64,000 bases of DNA from Desulfovibrionaceae bacterium (GTDB lineage Bacteria > Desulfobacterota > Desulfovibrionia > Desulfovibrionales > Desulfovibrionaceae). The translations under genes were made by a program, and so were the position numbers. Numbering within the stretch: position 1 is the stretch's first letter; every line of letters begins with the position of its first letter. The notes beneath the pieces were generated by a model. It was not told the DNA's origin and ran no database searches. It saw only the letters and a program-made list of their open reading frames with translations. The DNA lies in contig JAVBON010000026.1 in NCBI GenBank assembly GCA_031550525.1, positions 16,704 through 80,703 of the forward strand, read 5' to 3'. Of this stretch, positions 53,683-62,402 are shown piece after piece.

Positions 53683-55251
53683 TTATTTTATTCCTTTGCG
53701 CTGCTTGTACTGACGCCAGGAGCAGATGACCTTTTCGGGGTCTTCCTCGTAGTAGTTCTTTATGCCGTGGCAGGGCGCGTTATGGGGCGCGGTGCGTATT
53801 ATTTCCGGCTGTTCGTAACATTCTTTCACAATCTGGGTGAGCACGGCCACGAACTCGTCAATGTCTTCCTTGCTGTAGGAATCGGTAGGCTCAAGGGTGA
53901 AAGGCTCCGGCACTATGTGCGGGTGATGCGACTGCCAGTAATGCTCCATGCTGTAGTCCACAAGGCGCCGGGTGACGTCTTCGGTACCTAAGCCGGTGTC
54001 TTTTTGCAGTTGTTCCCAACTGTAACGGCACTGCTCGATGCGGCGCTTGCCCTTGGCGTAATACATGGTCACGCCTTTAATCTTCTCTACTTTCTTCATC
54101 ATGTACTGGTTGTTGAGCACGGCGCACATGGCGGCTTCGCGCAGGCCGTCCGGCCCGAGGGAGCGAATCCACATATAGGCGCGCAACAGCACGGCCACGT
54201 TGCCGAAAAAGGCGCGTACCTGGCCTATGGATTTTGGACCTTTCCAGTTAAGCTTGTACTTTTTGCCGTCAAACTCCACGCGCGGCACGGGCAGATAGTC
54301 TTTAAGAAAGGCCTTTACGCCCTGCGCTCCGCAGCCCGGCCCCATGCCGCCGTGCGGCGAGGAGAAGGTCTTGTGCAGGTTGTAGTGAATGAGGTCGAAG
54401 CCGCATTCCATGGCGCGGGTAATGCCCATAATGCCGTTAACGTTGGCCTGGTCGTACACGCACAGCGCGCCCACGGCATGGGCCGCGTCCACGTATTCTT
54501 TGATGCGCGGGTTAAAGATGCCGGTATCTTCTGGGTTGGTCAAAAAGATAGCGGCGGTGCGATCGCTAAGGGCGGCTTTAAAGGCCTCCAGAGTGGGGTA
54601 GCCCAGTTCAGGGTCTTGCATGAGGTCAATGACCTTGAAGCCGACAGTGGCGGAGGTGCCAGGGTTGCATGGGTGCGAGAAGATGGTGGTTACAATCTCG
54701 TCGCGCTTTTTGCCCGCCGCGCCCTGGTCGCGCCAGTATTTGCGGATTATGGAGGCGTTGGTAAACACGGCATGCGCGCCGCCGCCGGGCTGAAAACTGA
54801 AGTAATCCAGACCGGATATGGATTTGAGATAACGCTCCACCTCGTGGTAAATGTGCAAAATGCCTTGCATGGTGGAGTCGTTCTGCAAGGGGTGCACGTC
54901 GATTATTTTGTGGTGGCCGTTGGCGACGTGCTCCTGAATTTTGGGGCTGTACTTCATGGTGCAGGTGCCCTGGCCTATGTCTATGGCCACGTCGTCGCCC
55001 AGCACTTCTTGCGAAAGGCGCATGTAGTGGCGGTTAACGCGCATCTGCCCAACTTCCGGCAGGGCCGGGGCCTTTTTGCGGCGCAGGGCGGCGGGTATGC
55101 CAAGGTCGTCGCCCACGGCTTTTACCACGGCGGCATCGGGTTGCGGCACAAGAATGCCGCGCTCGCCGGGGGTGCTCATTTCAAAAATTATGGGCTCGTC
55201 CCAGCGGGCCTCATGAAAGTTACGCAACAGTGTTTTCGGGTCTCTTCCCAT
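53683..55251 (-). CDS. gcvPB: Glycine dehydrogenase (decarboxylating) subunit 2
   Basis: 522 aa with an AAGGAG RBS. Contains HYNLHKTFSSPHGGMGPGCGA, which includes the PLP lysine context, and the typical N-terminal IFEMSTPGERG. Confidence 0.9.
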   Translation of the reverse strand: MGRDPKTLLRNFHEARWDEPIIFEMSTPGERGILVPQPDAAVVKAVGDDLGIPAALRRKKAPALPEVGQMRVNRHYMRLSQEVLGDDVAIDIGQGTCTMKYSPKIQEHVANGHHKIIDVHPLQNDSTMQGILHIYHEVERYLKSISGLDYFSFQPGGGAHAVFTNASIIRKYWRDQGAAGKKRDEIVTTIFSHPCNPGTSATVGFKVIDLMQDPELGYPTLEAFKAALSDRTAAIFLTNPEDTGIFNPRIKEYVDAAHAVGALCVYDQANVNGIMGITRAMECGFDLIHYNLHKTFSSPHGGMGPGCGAQGVKAFLKDYLPVPRVEFDGKKYKLNWKGPKSIGQVRAFFGNVAVLLRAYMWIRSLGPDGLREAAMCAVLNNQYMMKKVEKIKGVTMYYAKGKRRIEQCRYSWEQLQKDTGLGTEDVTRRLVDYSMEHYWQSHHPHIVPEPFTLEPTDSYSKEDIDEFVAVLTQIVKECYEQPEIIRTAPHNAPCHGIKNYYEEDPEKVICSWRQYKQRKGIK

Positions 55252-55270
55252 GGATATTCTCCTTTACGCC

Positions 55271-56686
55271 TTAAAGTAACTCTTTAAGAGCGGCTGCAAG
55301 CTTGTCTATTTCTTCCTTTCCGGTCATTTCCGTAACGCAGTAAAGGGCGGATTGCCCAAGCTGCGGGAAGTCGGAAGAAAGGTCGAAGCCCCCGAAAATC
55401 TGTTTTTTCAACAATTTTTTATTAATATCGGCCACTTTTTTGCCGGTGGCGTCAAAATTGAGCACGAATTCGCCAAATATCGGGCCGGAGAAGGCCAGCT
55501 TCACGCCTTTGAGGGCGGAAAGCTTTTTGGCGGCGTACTTGCTGTTATAAAGTATGGTGCGGCCTACTTCCTCAAAGCCCTTGGGGCCCATCAGGGCCAT
55601 GTACACGGCGGCGGAGACCATCCAGAGGTTGGTGCCGGTGCCGGTAAACTCTTTGCCCTTGGCGCGTTGGGCATAGTGGGTGCGGCCTATGAGCAGGTTG
55701 CCGAACACGTATTCGCCTTCCACTTCCGGCTCGCAAAAGCCGTAGAGAAAGTCTTTGTAGTTTTCCAAATACTTGGCTTTGCCCAGGGTGGATATGAATC
55801 CGGCCTGGCCGTTGCCGCAGGAAAGGTGGAGCCCCAAGCTGTGTAAATCGCCGCAGCAAATGGTTGCGCCGTAATTGGTGGGCGCTTCCAGCACGCCAAG
55901 GGAGATGGGGTCTACATAGGCTATGTATTCGGCCCCGGCGGCGGCGGCCAGTTTGCCTATTTCCGCCGCGTTGGCCTCCATTACGCCGAAGAAGTTTACT
56001 GTTTCCACCACCACGGCGGCAACGGTTTTATCCAGCTTGGCCTTGAGGTCGGCCATATCCAGCGCGCCGGTCTTTTTGTCGTAGGCCACGAAAACGGGCT
56101 GGAGCTGTTGCGCTTCCTGCACGCTATCTATGTAGTTGAGCACTATGCGCTTGTTTTGCGGGTTAAGGCTTTCGGGCAGCAGCACCTTTACGCGGCCGTT
56201 AATGCGGTTGGCCATGCAAATGGAGGTGGCAAGGGCCTGGCCGCCGTCATACTGCGGCACGGAGGTCACTTCGGTATCCAAAAGCTCGGCCAGCATGCTG
56301 TTGTATTCCACAAAAGTCTGGTACTTGCCGTGGTCGGCCCAGCTTTCGGCGCCGTAGCAGGTTAAAAACTCGCCGCGAGTGGTTATTTCGTCCACCACGG
56401 CGGGCACGTAGTGCTGGGCGCAGCCAGCGCCCAAAAAGTTAAGGTAGTCGCTGCACGAGATGTTCTGGCCCAGCACGGCGTCTATGTGCTTTTTCATGCC
56501 GTATTCGTCCAGAATGGCGGGCGGAATATCGAGCTTGGCGGTGTAGCGCAGGTTTGCCGGAATTTCCTCGTACAAATCCCACAGGTTCTTGACCCCGACA
56601 AAATCCATCATCTCGCGCTGCGGGCCGGGCGCGGAGTTGGGTATGTAGGGATATACGATTTTGTCGTCTTTGACTGTTTTAGGCAC
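55271..56686 (-). CDS. gcvPA: Glycine dehydrogenase (decarboxylating) subunit 1
   Basis: YPYIPNS...MMDFVGV...YQTFVEYNSMLAELL is typical of GcvPA. I prefer the GTG at 56686, which has GGGAGG 7 nt upstream, over the track start at 56764. Confidence 0.88.
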   Translation of the reverse strand: MPKTVKDDKIVYPYIPNSAPGPQREMMDFVGVKNLWDLYEEIPANLRYTAKLDIPPAILDEYGMKKHIDAVLGQNISCSDYLNFLGAGCAQHYVPAVVDEITTRGEFLTCYGAESWADHGKYQTFVEYNSMLAELLDTEVTSVPQYDGGQALATSICMANRINGRVKVLLPESLNPQNKRIVLNYIDSVQEAQQLQPVFVAYDKKTGALDMADLKAKLDKTVAAVVVETVNFFGVMEANAAEIGKLAAAAGAEYIAYVDPISLGVLEAPTNYGATICCGDLHSLGLHLSCGNGQAGFISTLGKAKYLENYKDFLYGFCEPEVEGEYVFGNLLIGRTHYAQRAKGKEFTGTGTNLWMVSAAVYMALMGPKGFEEVGRTILYNSKYAAKKLSALKGVKLAFSGPIFGEFVLNFDATGKKVADINKKLLKKQIFGGFDLSSDFPQLGQSALYCVTEMTGKEEIDKLAAALKELL

Positions 56687-56743
56687 AGTGCAACCTCCCA
56701 TTGGCTTGATGATTTGCAGTTTCAGGGCGTATGCCGCGCCGGA

Positions 56744-56759
56744 TGCGCGTACACAGCCA
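56744..56759 (-). promoter_or_regulatory. Possible sigma54-type promoter upstream of gcvPA
   Basis: The reverse strand reads TGGCTG-tgtac-GCGCA. The GG-N10-GC spacing is exact, and only 4/6 and 3/5 positions match the consensus boxes. It lies about 47 nt 5' of the GTG start. Confidence 0.3.
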
Positions 56760-57218
56760 AACATATAAAAATACTGTATTGCGGACGATATTTGTAGGCA
56801 GATCGCTCAACAGCATCGTAATTGCACGTTTATGGCAGGTAGGGCAAAAATGCCCGTATCCTATTGGAATATGTATAATGCAGTAGCAGAAAACGCTGGC
56901 CGGAAGCAACATAAAAAAGCTGTCGGATTTTAGCTGGCGACCATGCGAAAAATGGAATTTGAACGCTGAACTCCATGCTTGCGCGCCGTCTTAAACCCTA
57001 CTTACCGAATAATTATACTGCATATGGGAAGATATAATTGTTTTAGGCCGCCTGACCAATTTACTAACGATAACTTACCGGTAAGATGGAGTGCAAGCCC
57101 GCCTTGCAGCGCCGAAGGATTTACCTGCATGTAAAACAAGCCGGCAAAGGATTCGCGCGGCTTATTCAAGAGGTGGCGACAAAGTGATATTGCGCCGTCT
57201 GAAAAAACGACCATACAA

Positions 57219-58208
57219 CTAGCGTTTTTCTTCCTCTTTGCTGTACCTGAGAATGTACCTTTCGTGATTTTCCGACAATTTCTCAACTTCATATTCTTCA
57301 TCAAAATAGCAACCCTGTGCAACAAACTCGCGCACTACTATTCTATCGGCCAGGTAAAGTGGAAACTGTTCAGGATCAACCGTATTTAAAAAATACTGCA
57401 AATCTGGCTTTATAACGTCCACCACAAACATATCCACATCGCATGAAAACAGCCATGTATCTTTGCCATTTCCTGTTGGTTTATCACCAAACCAAAACTT
57501 CAACGGGTCAACAACCATATCGGCAAGTTCAAAAAGGTCGTTGGTTATCTCAAAAATATCGTCTAGCAAAGATTTATCTTCCGGATTTCTTGAGCATGAA
57601 TTTCTGTCTATTCTAAACCATGCAACAATTTCTGGAATAAATACAATTTCATCCGGTTTTATTTCGATATAACCCATAAGATCACGCTCATTTGCGCTCT
57701 GCTTGAGCCTGCGGATATCTGTCCAATTGAAAATGCTGTGATACGCAGTGTAATAACTTGTTACATTTTCATCCACCCACTCAGTACCGACAACAACATA
57801 TTTCCCGTCCTTAAATTTTGTTATATCCCGAGGAACACGTTCAATTTCAGGTGTTTTATATACATTTATATGCCACTTGTTTCTAGATAATTTTCCATTT
57901 ACCGGTAAAATATTTTTATCTGTTGCAACCTCACTATATTGTAATGCCGGGATGGCATATTTGCCTGGCGGCACAGAAATGACAACATATCCATTATCAA
58001 ATTCATGTCTGCTTCTAAAATAAGTCCTTACACCACTGTCTATATTAACCCACATGTGATGGGCACGTGTATAAGGCAAGATTACAACACTTTTACCAGC
58101 GTTATGGTAACGCTCAACATACTGATAAGGCTTTGCGCAACTTGAAAGTAAAATACAGAATGTGCATAGTAACACATATCTTACAAATATAATTTTTTCT
58201 TTTTTCAT
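57219..58208 (-). CDS. Hypothetical lipoprotein, low-GC orphan
   Basis: I moved the start to the ATG at 58208. The signal and lipobox are MKKEKIIFVRYVLLCTFCILLSSC. I do not recognise a family. The region is strikingly AT-rich compared with its neighbours (by eye). Confidence 0.6.
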   Translation of the reverse strand: MKKEKIIFVRYVLLCTFCILLSSCAKPYQYVERYHNAGKSVVILPYTRAHHMWVNIDSGVRTYFRSRHEFDNGYVVISVPPGKYAIPALQYSEVATDKNILPVNGKLSRNKWHINVYKTPEIERVPRDITKFKDGKYVVVGTEWVDENVTSYYTAYHSIFNWTDIRRLKQSANERDLMGYIEIKPDEIVFIPEIVAWFRIDRNSCSRNPEDKSLLDDIFEITNDLFELADMVVDPLKFWFGDKPTGNGKDTWLFSCDVDMFVVDVIKPDLQYFLNTVDPEQFPLYLADRIVVREFVAQGCYFDEEYEVEKLSENHERYILRYSKEEEKR

Positions 58209-58452
58209 GCTTTGTAAATCCTGAATTAGTACGTCAATATTCAAATAAAAGTGTATTGAATTATTACTTGCGATGTTTGTAAAAACTTAACCCAGAAAAA
58301 AAATTTTAGCAAAAGTTCTATATTGCCGGTAATATAGCTGCTCTCCGGTGGATAGCGCAAAACGTGCCATGTTACGCTAATGCTAATAATGTTGCAGTAT
58401 AATGCGCCTTGTAATATTTTGTTTTAGCCACAACAACCAGGCGGAGGAGAAT

Positions 58453-59079
58453 ATGAAAGTACTGCTTGTAAACGGCAGCCCGCACCCGCACGGCTGCACC
58501 TATACGGCTTTGTCCGAAATGGCGGGCGTGTTCGAGGCAGAGGGCATTGCCACGGAAATTGTCCAGGTGGGCACCAAGCCGGTTTCTGGCTGCATAGCCT
58601 GCCTTAAGTGCAAAAACGGCTCGGGGCGCTGCGCCATACCGGACGGGGTAAACGAGTTTATAGACAAGGCGGAAAAGGCCGATGGCTTCGTTTTTGGCTC
58701 GCCGGTACATTTTGCAGCGGCCAGCGGGGCCCTTACCTCGTTTTTGGACCGCGCCTTTTACGCCCCGCCCAGAAGTATTTACCGGCTCAAGCCCGGCGCG
58801 GCCATAGTATCCGCCAGAAGGGGCGGCAACACCGCCACCTTTGATCAACTCAACAAATACTTCACCATAGCTGAAATGCCGGTAATTTCATCTACCTATT
58901 GGAACATGGTGCACGGCCTGAAGGCGGAAGACGTGAAGCAGGATCTGGAAGGCCTGCGCACCATGCGCGGCCTGGCGCGCAACATGGCCTGGTTTTTGAA
59001 GTGCAAGGAGGCCGGGCTGAAAGCCGGAATAAGCGTGCCGGAAAACGAGCCGCCGGTAGCCACTAACTTTATACGGTAA
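58453..59079 (+). CDS. NADPH-dependent FMN reductase / iron-sulfur flavoprotein family
   Basis: The start is the ATG at 58453, with GGAGGAG upstream. Contains MKVLLVNGSPHPHGCTY, GCIACLKC and GFVFGSPVHFAAASG. Confidence 0.8.
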   Translation: MKVLLVNGSPHPHGCTYTALSEMAGVFEAEGIATEIVQVGTKPVSGCIACLKCKNGSGRCAIPDGVNEFIDKAEKADGFVFGSPVHFAAASGALTSFLDRAFYAPPRSIYRLKPGAAIVSARRGGNTATFDQLNKYFTIAEMPVISSTYWNMVHGLKAEDVKQDLEGLRTMRGLARNMAWFLKCKEAGLKAGISVPENEPPVATNFIR

Positions 59080-59202
59080 AACGGCAAAAGGTTAAGACGG
59101 GACAAAGCACAAGGTTTTATTGCTGAAGTTAAACGGCAAGGAAAACAACGCCCGATTATGGCAAAAAACTCAAGGTGAGGGCGAAACCAGCTCCGCACTG
59201 AT

Positions 59203-59404
59203 GTTGCGGGGTCAAGGGGTTGAAACTTGCAAAGGCCGTGATTCCAACCTGCCATTCGCGCTAGTTATCTCCTTGGGCTACGCAGTATACGCGCTAGCGC
59301 TCAGAGCGACAAGGCGGGCAAAATCCGGCTTGGCCGGTTTTGTATATTCCCGCCGCCAGAGCGGTCTAAAGCCCAGCACCCCATATCTTATAAATCTGGC
59401 TTCA
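59203..59404 (+). repeat. Long-form (~200 bp) intergenic repeat, copy 2
   Basis: It starts GTTGCGGGGTCAAGGGGTTGAAAC and ends CATATCTTATAAATCTGGCTTCA. The core is roughly 90 percent identical by eye to 50194-50393. Confidence 0.8.
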
Positions 59405-59448
59405 CCCTTTATGCCTTTCCCTACACTCCGTCAGCGCCTGTCGTGCAA

Positions 59449-60141
59449 CTATGCGGCAGGCGCTGTAGTATCATTGGCGAGGTATCCGGCCACCAGCCCG
59501 GCCGTGCGCTGGTAGTGCCCGGCCAGCAGTTTTTTGGCCTCAGGCGCATTGCGGTCAAGCACGGCTTTGGCTAAATCTTTGTGTTCCGCATGGGCATCGC
59601 GCGGGGTGTTCTCAACGGTTTGCGAGAGCCTACGGTAGCGGTCGGTTTTATCATAAAGCTGGGCGCAGGTTTGCAGCAGCAGGGGCGAATTGCAGGCGGC
59701 TGTAAGGGCGCGGTGAAACTCCAGATGGCGCGATTCCCACAAATCAAACTGCCCCTCGCCGCCGGGCGTATCGCGCGGGGTAAGGCCAAGGCGGTGCAGG
59801 GTGGAGACGATGTTCACCTCCCACTCCGCGTCGCCCAGCTCTATGGATTTTTCAATGGCCCAGCCTTCCACCTTTATGCGGAACATGGTTATGTCATGCA
59901 ATTCCGCGCTGGAAAGCAGCGTTACCCTATAGCCGCGGTTGTGCTCAACCTCCACCAGGCCCGCGTCCACCAGCCGGGTCAAGGCCTCGCGCACGGGTGA
60001 GACGCTCATGCCGCACATGTTTTGCAGCATCTGAAAGGGCAAAGCGGCCCCCGGCCCGAGCGCGCCGTTTAAAATGGCGGTTCTTATAATACTCCAGGCC
60101 TGCTCGCTTAAGCTGGACTTGCTGCTTGCGGCTGTATTCAT
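59449..60141 (-). CDS. GntR family transcriptional regulator (FadR/FCD subfamily)
   Basis: The winged HTH is ALPFQMLQNMCGMSVSPVREALTRLVDAGLVEVEHNRGYRV. An all-helical FCD-like C-terminus follows. Confidence 0.85.
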   Translation of the reverse strand: MNTAASSKSSLSEQAWSIIRTAILNGALGPGAALPFQMLQNMCGMSVSPVREALTRLVDAGLVEVEHNRGYRVTLLSSAELHDITMFRIKVEGWAIEKSIELGDAEWEVNIVSTLHRLGLTPRDTPGGEGQFDLWESRHLEFHRALTAACNSPLLLQTCAQLYDKTDRYRRLSQTVENTPRDAHAEHKDLAKAVLDRNAPEAKKLLAGHYQRTAGLVAGYLANDTTAPAA

Positions 60142-60169
60142 CACGCTGCCTTTGTTAGGAAACGATAAA

Positions 60170-60183
60170 AAGTTTCGAAACTT
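60170..60183. promoter_or_regulatory. Perfect 14-bp palindrome AAGTTTCGAAACTT (candidate operator)
   Basis: It lies in the divergent GntR / coxG intergenic region and shares its TTTCGAAA core with the sites at 60393-60406 and 60415-60426. Confidence 0.4.
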
Positions 60184-60414
60184 ATATGCTAAAATTAACC
60201 ATGCGCCAAAATAGCATAAAATTCGTTAAAAACACAAGCCTTGACCCTTTAAGTAAACATAACTTAACATACTAAAATTAAAAAATAATTAATCCACTAA
60301 AAATATTTGTCCCCCACCTGTGCGGCATTTTCGCCAAGGCTCTTAAAATATGTTCACCACTACATAACAGCGTGAAATATTATCTGTTTTGGAATATTTT
60401 CGAATATATTGACA

Positions 60415-60426
60415 ATTTTCGAAAAT
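60415..60426. promoter_or_regulatory. Perfect 12-bp palindrome ATTTTCGAAAAT (candidate operator)
   Basis: It lies about 57 nt upstream of the coxG-like start. A related imperfect copy, ATATTTTCGAATAT, lies 10 bp upstream. Confidence 0.4.
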
Positions 60427-60482
60427 AAAAATAATAATTGTATTACTTGTTTATTCTAAAACCTGTGCGGTGTGCTTGATTT

Positions 60483-61019
60483 ATGAAATTGCAAGGCGGA
60501 TACACATTTGACGCGGGCATTGAAACCGTTTGGGCGCATATTTTCGCCGAAGACGCTTTCGCCCGCCTCATACCCGGCTGCAAAAACATGGTCAGTACCG
60601 CCCCCGGAGAATACGAAGGCCTTATTGCCGTAAACATGGGCCCCATAAAAAACGATTTTTCCGTATGCTTCAAACTGCGCGATCAAGCCCCGCCGCGCTC
60701 CTGCCGCTTTGAAGGCAGGGCCGAAGGCCAGATGGGCGGCGGCGCGGGCAACAGCCTGTTCACACTTGAAGAGTGCGAGGGCAAAACAAAGCTCCAATAT
60801 GAGGCGGCATTAACCCTGACCGGCCACCTCAACAAGATAGGGCCGCGCTATGTTGAAAGCGCGGTAAAAAGCATGATCCAACTGGGCATGCAAAAAATGG
60901 AGGAAGAAATAAAGACTGCTGATTTGTTTGGAGGACAAGTTGACGCCCCTAAAAAACACCGGCTGCGGGATTTTTTCCGACTGATAATCCTGTTCGTCAA
61001 GGGGCTTAAACGAAATTAA
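60483..61019 (+). CDS. CoxG-like SRPBCC protein (carbon monoxide dehydrogenase subunit G family)
   Basis: MKLQGGYTFDAGIETVWAHI...LIPGCKNM...G.IAVNMGPIKNDF is typical of CoxG/PF06240. Confidence 0.75.
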   Translation: MKLQGGYTFDAGIETVWAHIFAEDAFARLIPGCKNMVSTAPGEYEGLIAVNMGPIKNDFSVCFKLRDQAPPRSCRFEGRAEGQMGGGAGNSLFTLEECEGKTKLQYEAALTLTGHLNKIGPRYVESAVKSMIQLGMQKMEEEIKTADLFGGQVDAPKKHRLRDFFRLIILFVKGLKRN

Positions 61020-61107
61020 GGCAAACGGCTATAACTGCCGCTCCAACACGCGGTTTGCCAGCCCAATTGCTTAAATGCAACTACCGCCTTGTACCAAGGA
61101 GGTTACT

Positions 61108-61926
61108 TTGGCAATCCAATCCATGTACCAACCGGCCAGCCTGGCCGAGGCTGTCGGCTACCTGACGAAAAACCCCCAGGCTGTTGTCATAGCCGGGGGC
61201 ACTCTGGCTATTCCACTTATTAACGACGGCATCTCCATGCCCGAGCAACTGCTTAACCTGAGCAAAATCGGCCTTTCTTACGTCAAGAAAATGCCGGATT
61301 CCCTTATTATAGGCGCTTGCACGCCTCTTTCAAAGCTTATCGCCGAGTGCGACATACCCATGCTTTGCCAGGCCGCTTCAAATATAGGAGCCTGGCAAAT
61401 ACGCAACATGGGCACCGCTGCGGGCAACCTGTTCGCGCCGCCCCCCAGCGGCGATTTGGGCGTGGCCCTGCTGGCCCTTGGCGCAAGCGTAAAGCTTACA
61501 GGCCCCAAAGGCTCCCGTACGGTAGCCCTGCAAGACTTTTTTACCGGATACCTCGCCAACTTGCTCGCGCCTGACGAGCTGGTGGAAGAAATTATCGTGC
61601 CCCGCCCCAAAGGCAAATGCGCCTTTATCAAGTACGGGCGGCGCAAGCATAACACCCCGGCCATAGTGAGCGTTGCGGTTAACGCCGCCCCGGACGGCTT
61701 TAAAATAGCCCTGGGCGCTGCCGGAGACTACCCCCTGCGCGCCAAAAAGGCTGAAGCCGCCCTCTCTGGCAGCCTTAACGACGCCGCAATAGAAAAAGCC
61801 GCCGCTCTGGCCGCTGAGGAAAGCTCGCCCTTTACCGATGCCATCGCCACAGAGGAATACAGAAGACTCATGGTGCGCGAGTTCGTAAAACGCGCCCTGA
61901 ACCAGATTGCCGGCAAGGAGAATTAA
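61108..61926 (+). CDS. FAD-binding subunit of a xanthine dehydrogenase/CO dehydrogenase-family molybdoenzyme
   Basis: Contains YQPASLAEAVGYL...VIAGGTL and IRNMGTAAGNL. I prefer the TTG at 61108, which has AAGGAGG 5 nt upstream, over the track ATG at 61075. Confidence 0.8.
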   Translation: MAIQSMYQPASLAEAVGYLTKNPQAVVIAGGTLAIPLINDGISMPEQLLNLSKIGLSYVKKMPDSLIIGACTPLSKLIAECDIPMLCQAASNIGAWQIRNMGTAAGNLFAPPPSGDLGVALLALGASVKLTGPKGSRTVALQDFFTGYLANLLAPDELVEEIIVPRPKGKCAFIKYGRRKHNTPAIVSVAVNAAPDGFKIALGAAGDYPLRAKKAEAALSGSLNDAAIEKAAALAAEESSPFTDAIATEEYRRLMVREFVKRALNQIAGKEN

Positions 61927-61927
61927 G

Positions 61928-62401
61928 ATGTCCGCCTCAATAGTATCATTCGAACTCAACGGAAAGGTGGAACAGGTTATTGCCGAGCCGCTCCTTACTC
62001 TTAAAACCGTGCTGCGCGACAAACTTGGCAAGGTAGGCACCAAAGAAGGCTGCAACCAGGGCGGCTGCGGCGCTTGCACCGTGCTGGTGGAAGGCGAGCC
62101 CGTGCTATCCTGCCTTTTGCCCATCCAGAATGTGGAAGGCAAAAAGGTGCTCACCATAGAAGGCCTGCAAAAAAACGGCAAAATTCACGCCTTGCAGCAG
62201 TCTTTTCACGACAACTTCGCCAGCCAGTGCGGGCATTGCACCCCCGGCATGATCATGGTGCTTTACGCCCTGCTGCAAAAAAGCCCCAAACCCTCGCGCG
62301 ATGAAATAATCATGGCGCTCAGCGGCAACCACTGCCGCTGCACCGGCTATCAGCCCATTATCGAAGCCGTGGAAAAATTAACCGCCGGAAGCGAGGTGTA
62401 G
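61928..62401 (+). CDS. [2Fe-2S]-binding small subunit of the molybdoenzyme
   Basis: The start is the ATG at 61928. Contains GCNQGGCGACTV and QCGHCTPGMIM...CRCTGY. Confidence 0.9.
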   Translation: MSASIVSFELNGKVEQVIAEPLLTLKTVLRDKLGKVGTKEGCNQGGCGACTVLVEGEPVLSCLLPIQNVEGKKVLTIEGLQKNGKIHALQQSFHDNFASQCGHCTPGMIMVLYALLQKSPKPSRDEIIMALSGNHCRCTGYQPIIEAVEKLTAGSEV

Positions 62402-62402
62402 C

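Noticed and set aside
54004-55287. 427-aa plus-strand ORF
   Set aside because: It is antisense to gcvPB and has no motifs. The gcvPB frame has the PLP-lysine context and a strong RBS.
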